A stretch of 63,189 nucleotides of DNA, the filler included, from Craspedostauros australis (taxonomy: Eukaryota): NCBI GenBank assembly GCA_030167865.1. It is 9 parts of 9 records of this genome, joined end to end, with 100 filler letters (N's around TTAATTAATTAA, not from the genome) between each part and the next. Parts side by side here need not be neighbours in the genome. Positions count along the whole stretch, not along the records: positions 58,266 to 63,189 come from JALAGF010004582.1; 8 more parts are not named here. One strand, given 5' to 3'. The notes beneath the pieces were generated by a model, which saw nothing but the letters and a program-made list of their open reading frames with translations, had not been told where the DNA came from and did no database searches. The position numbers were made by a program, and so were the translations under genes. Each line of letters starts with the position of its first letter. Position 1 is the first letter of the stretch. Below, piece after piece: positions 61,440 to 63,189 of this stretch.

Positions 61440-63189
61440 CTTGCTAACATGTGTGCTTTGTTCTATGGATACTCTGGTGTTGCAGATTTGTAGCTTGTTG
61501 GTTGTTGCTGATTGCTGATTGCTTTGCAGTAGGTTTGATGGTCAAAGCTTGATGCCTTGCCTGCTGCTGGTTGCTTTCTCCTGGATCCTTTCCATGGATT
61601 TGTTGTTTGTGGCTGCATGCTCAGCTCTCTTCTGGCTATGCTTTTCTGGAATCTCTTGGTTGGGTAAACTGTGGATTCTCTGGTTGGGTCAAGTGGTGTG
61701 CTGGATGGTCCTCCCTCTCTCTCTCTCTTGTAACTCCTCACTGCCAATTCACTACTGCTTGCCAAATGACATCTGGCAAGGATCACTGCTGATGCATTGA
61801 TAGTTGGTGGTGGCAGAATACTCTGATCGATGCTCAGCCGTGTGTGAAGTTGTTGGGTGTGATCAGAAGCTCTCCAGCTGCTGTCTGGACCCACCCACTC
61901 ATTGTTGATCGTTGGCAGATGTTTCAGCTCCTGCCGCATGCTGTGTTCTGATTGGCAAGTTGTTTCAGAATACAGAATGCAGTCTGCATGTTGGATAATG
62001 CTGACAAATTCATTGTACATTGGTGTCTGGCAGATGCTTCGCTGGATGCTTTGCCTGCTGTTCTTACACTGGCAATGTGTGATCTGATGAGATGGTGAAG
62101 ACAGAGCAAAGGAACAATGGATACACCATGCATGCCCACTTCAATTGTTGCAAAGGATGATGGTGTCATTGCTGAAACGATCAGTGACGTAAGCATAGCA
62201 TGCCAAGTCCATGACTCGGTGCACTGCACATCTGCAACAGTCAGGAGGTTCTGCAATGAATGACAACTCTGTTGCTTTGCTACAGTGAGGAAATGTAATG
62301 GAGCCCAAACGTAATGGCTGTTGTCTTGTTGGCTGTTGATAGCTGTGGGCAGAGGCTTGATTGGCAAGCGGTCTGAACGTGAGTCTTCAGGATCACAAGT
62401 AGTCAATTGAGAATACAAATGATGGGTGAAGAAACGTGCAGATTATGAGATTAGTGCTAAAGTTCTTCCCTGCGGGGAGGATCTCCTGTGGTGTCCTGAG
62501 TGACAGTGTGTATGGGTTGTGTAGCCCAAGTACCGTGGGTCGAGATCCCTTGGCTGAGTTCTGTGAGAGACAATGGGTGATGATGTGCGATGCCGGGGCA
62601 CTGTTTCCATGTGTCGGCGTTTTGGCGATGGTGGGTGTCAGTGGCTTGGTTATTGGAACCCTTCTGGTTCCTTGACACGGATTCCAAAGATCTTCTTCAA
62701 TGTTCTGGATCTGTCCCCAAACGTGGGGGCCGGTGTAGTATTCGTTCGATCTACTGGAATGCTGACGGGTCAGACAATTCGTAGTCTCTCTCTCTAAGGT
62801 GGGTACTAGTTTAGCTCTATTACAATGTGTGACGGATCCCATCAGGTTGTCCACTACAGCTGGGACAGTCTTTGTTTGGTGTGATGTGAGACAGGATGGA
62901 GCATCCCCCAGGTGTNNNNNNNNNNNNNNNNNNNNNNNNNNNNNNNNNNNNNNNNNNNNNNNNNNNNNNNNNNNNNNNNNNNNNNNNNNNNNNNNNNNNN
63001 NNNNNNNNNNNNNGGCTGAGTATGAGAGGGTGGGAGACTGTTGTGTTGGAGTCTATTTGTTGTTGGGGATTGTTTGTTGGCATGGCTTGGGTTCTTGGCG
63101 TGACTTGCTTCTTCTTCCACTCTCGATCCCACTTTCACATGAGCTACATACTTGCTCTGCGGATGAAGTTGAGTTGGAAGGAAGGGAGG
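61440..63189 (-). mobile_element. Highly eroded copia remnant related to the 33570-35600 element
   Basis: 62380-62492 aligns by eye with 34531-34641 (GATCACAAGTAGTC.ATTGAGAATAC..ATGATGGGTGAAGAAAC.TGC.GATTATGAG...GGGGAGGATCTCCTGTGGT). Boundaries are uncertain. Confidence 0.6.

Overview
This is eukaryotic nuclear DNA, most likely from a diatom or other stramenopile (inferred from gene and transposon families and GT-AG introns). It is not one locus: eight artificial 100-bp spacers (44 N + TTAATTAATTAA + 44 N) join nine unrelated scaffolds. Segment 1 (1-30707) is gene-rich. It holds a decayed Mutator-like remnant with a palindrome cluster, a TPR-like helical protein, intronless ELP3, a secreted His-rich protein, a ~2600-aa extracellular protein and a hypothetical protein, and it ends in a 20-bp minisatellite. 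The giant protein has 13 tandem modules (Cys-rich motif + YfaP/DUF2135-like domain), and all six of its introns fall in phase 2 in the same Gly codon of the module. The other segments are mostly Ty1/copia (CoDi-like) LTR retrotransposons in various states of decay, plus the 5' part of a fatty acyl-AMP ligase gene and a prolyl oligopeptidase pseudogene. Most notable are the symmetric-exon modular giant gene and the unusual extras in three different copia elements: a -1 frameshift into a hydrophobic pre-protease segment, a PDZ-like insert and a chromodomain-like insert. All family assignments come from motif recognition by eye; no searches were run.
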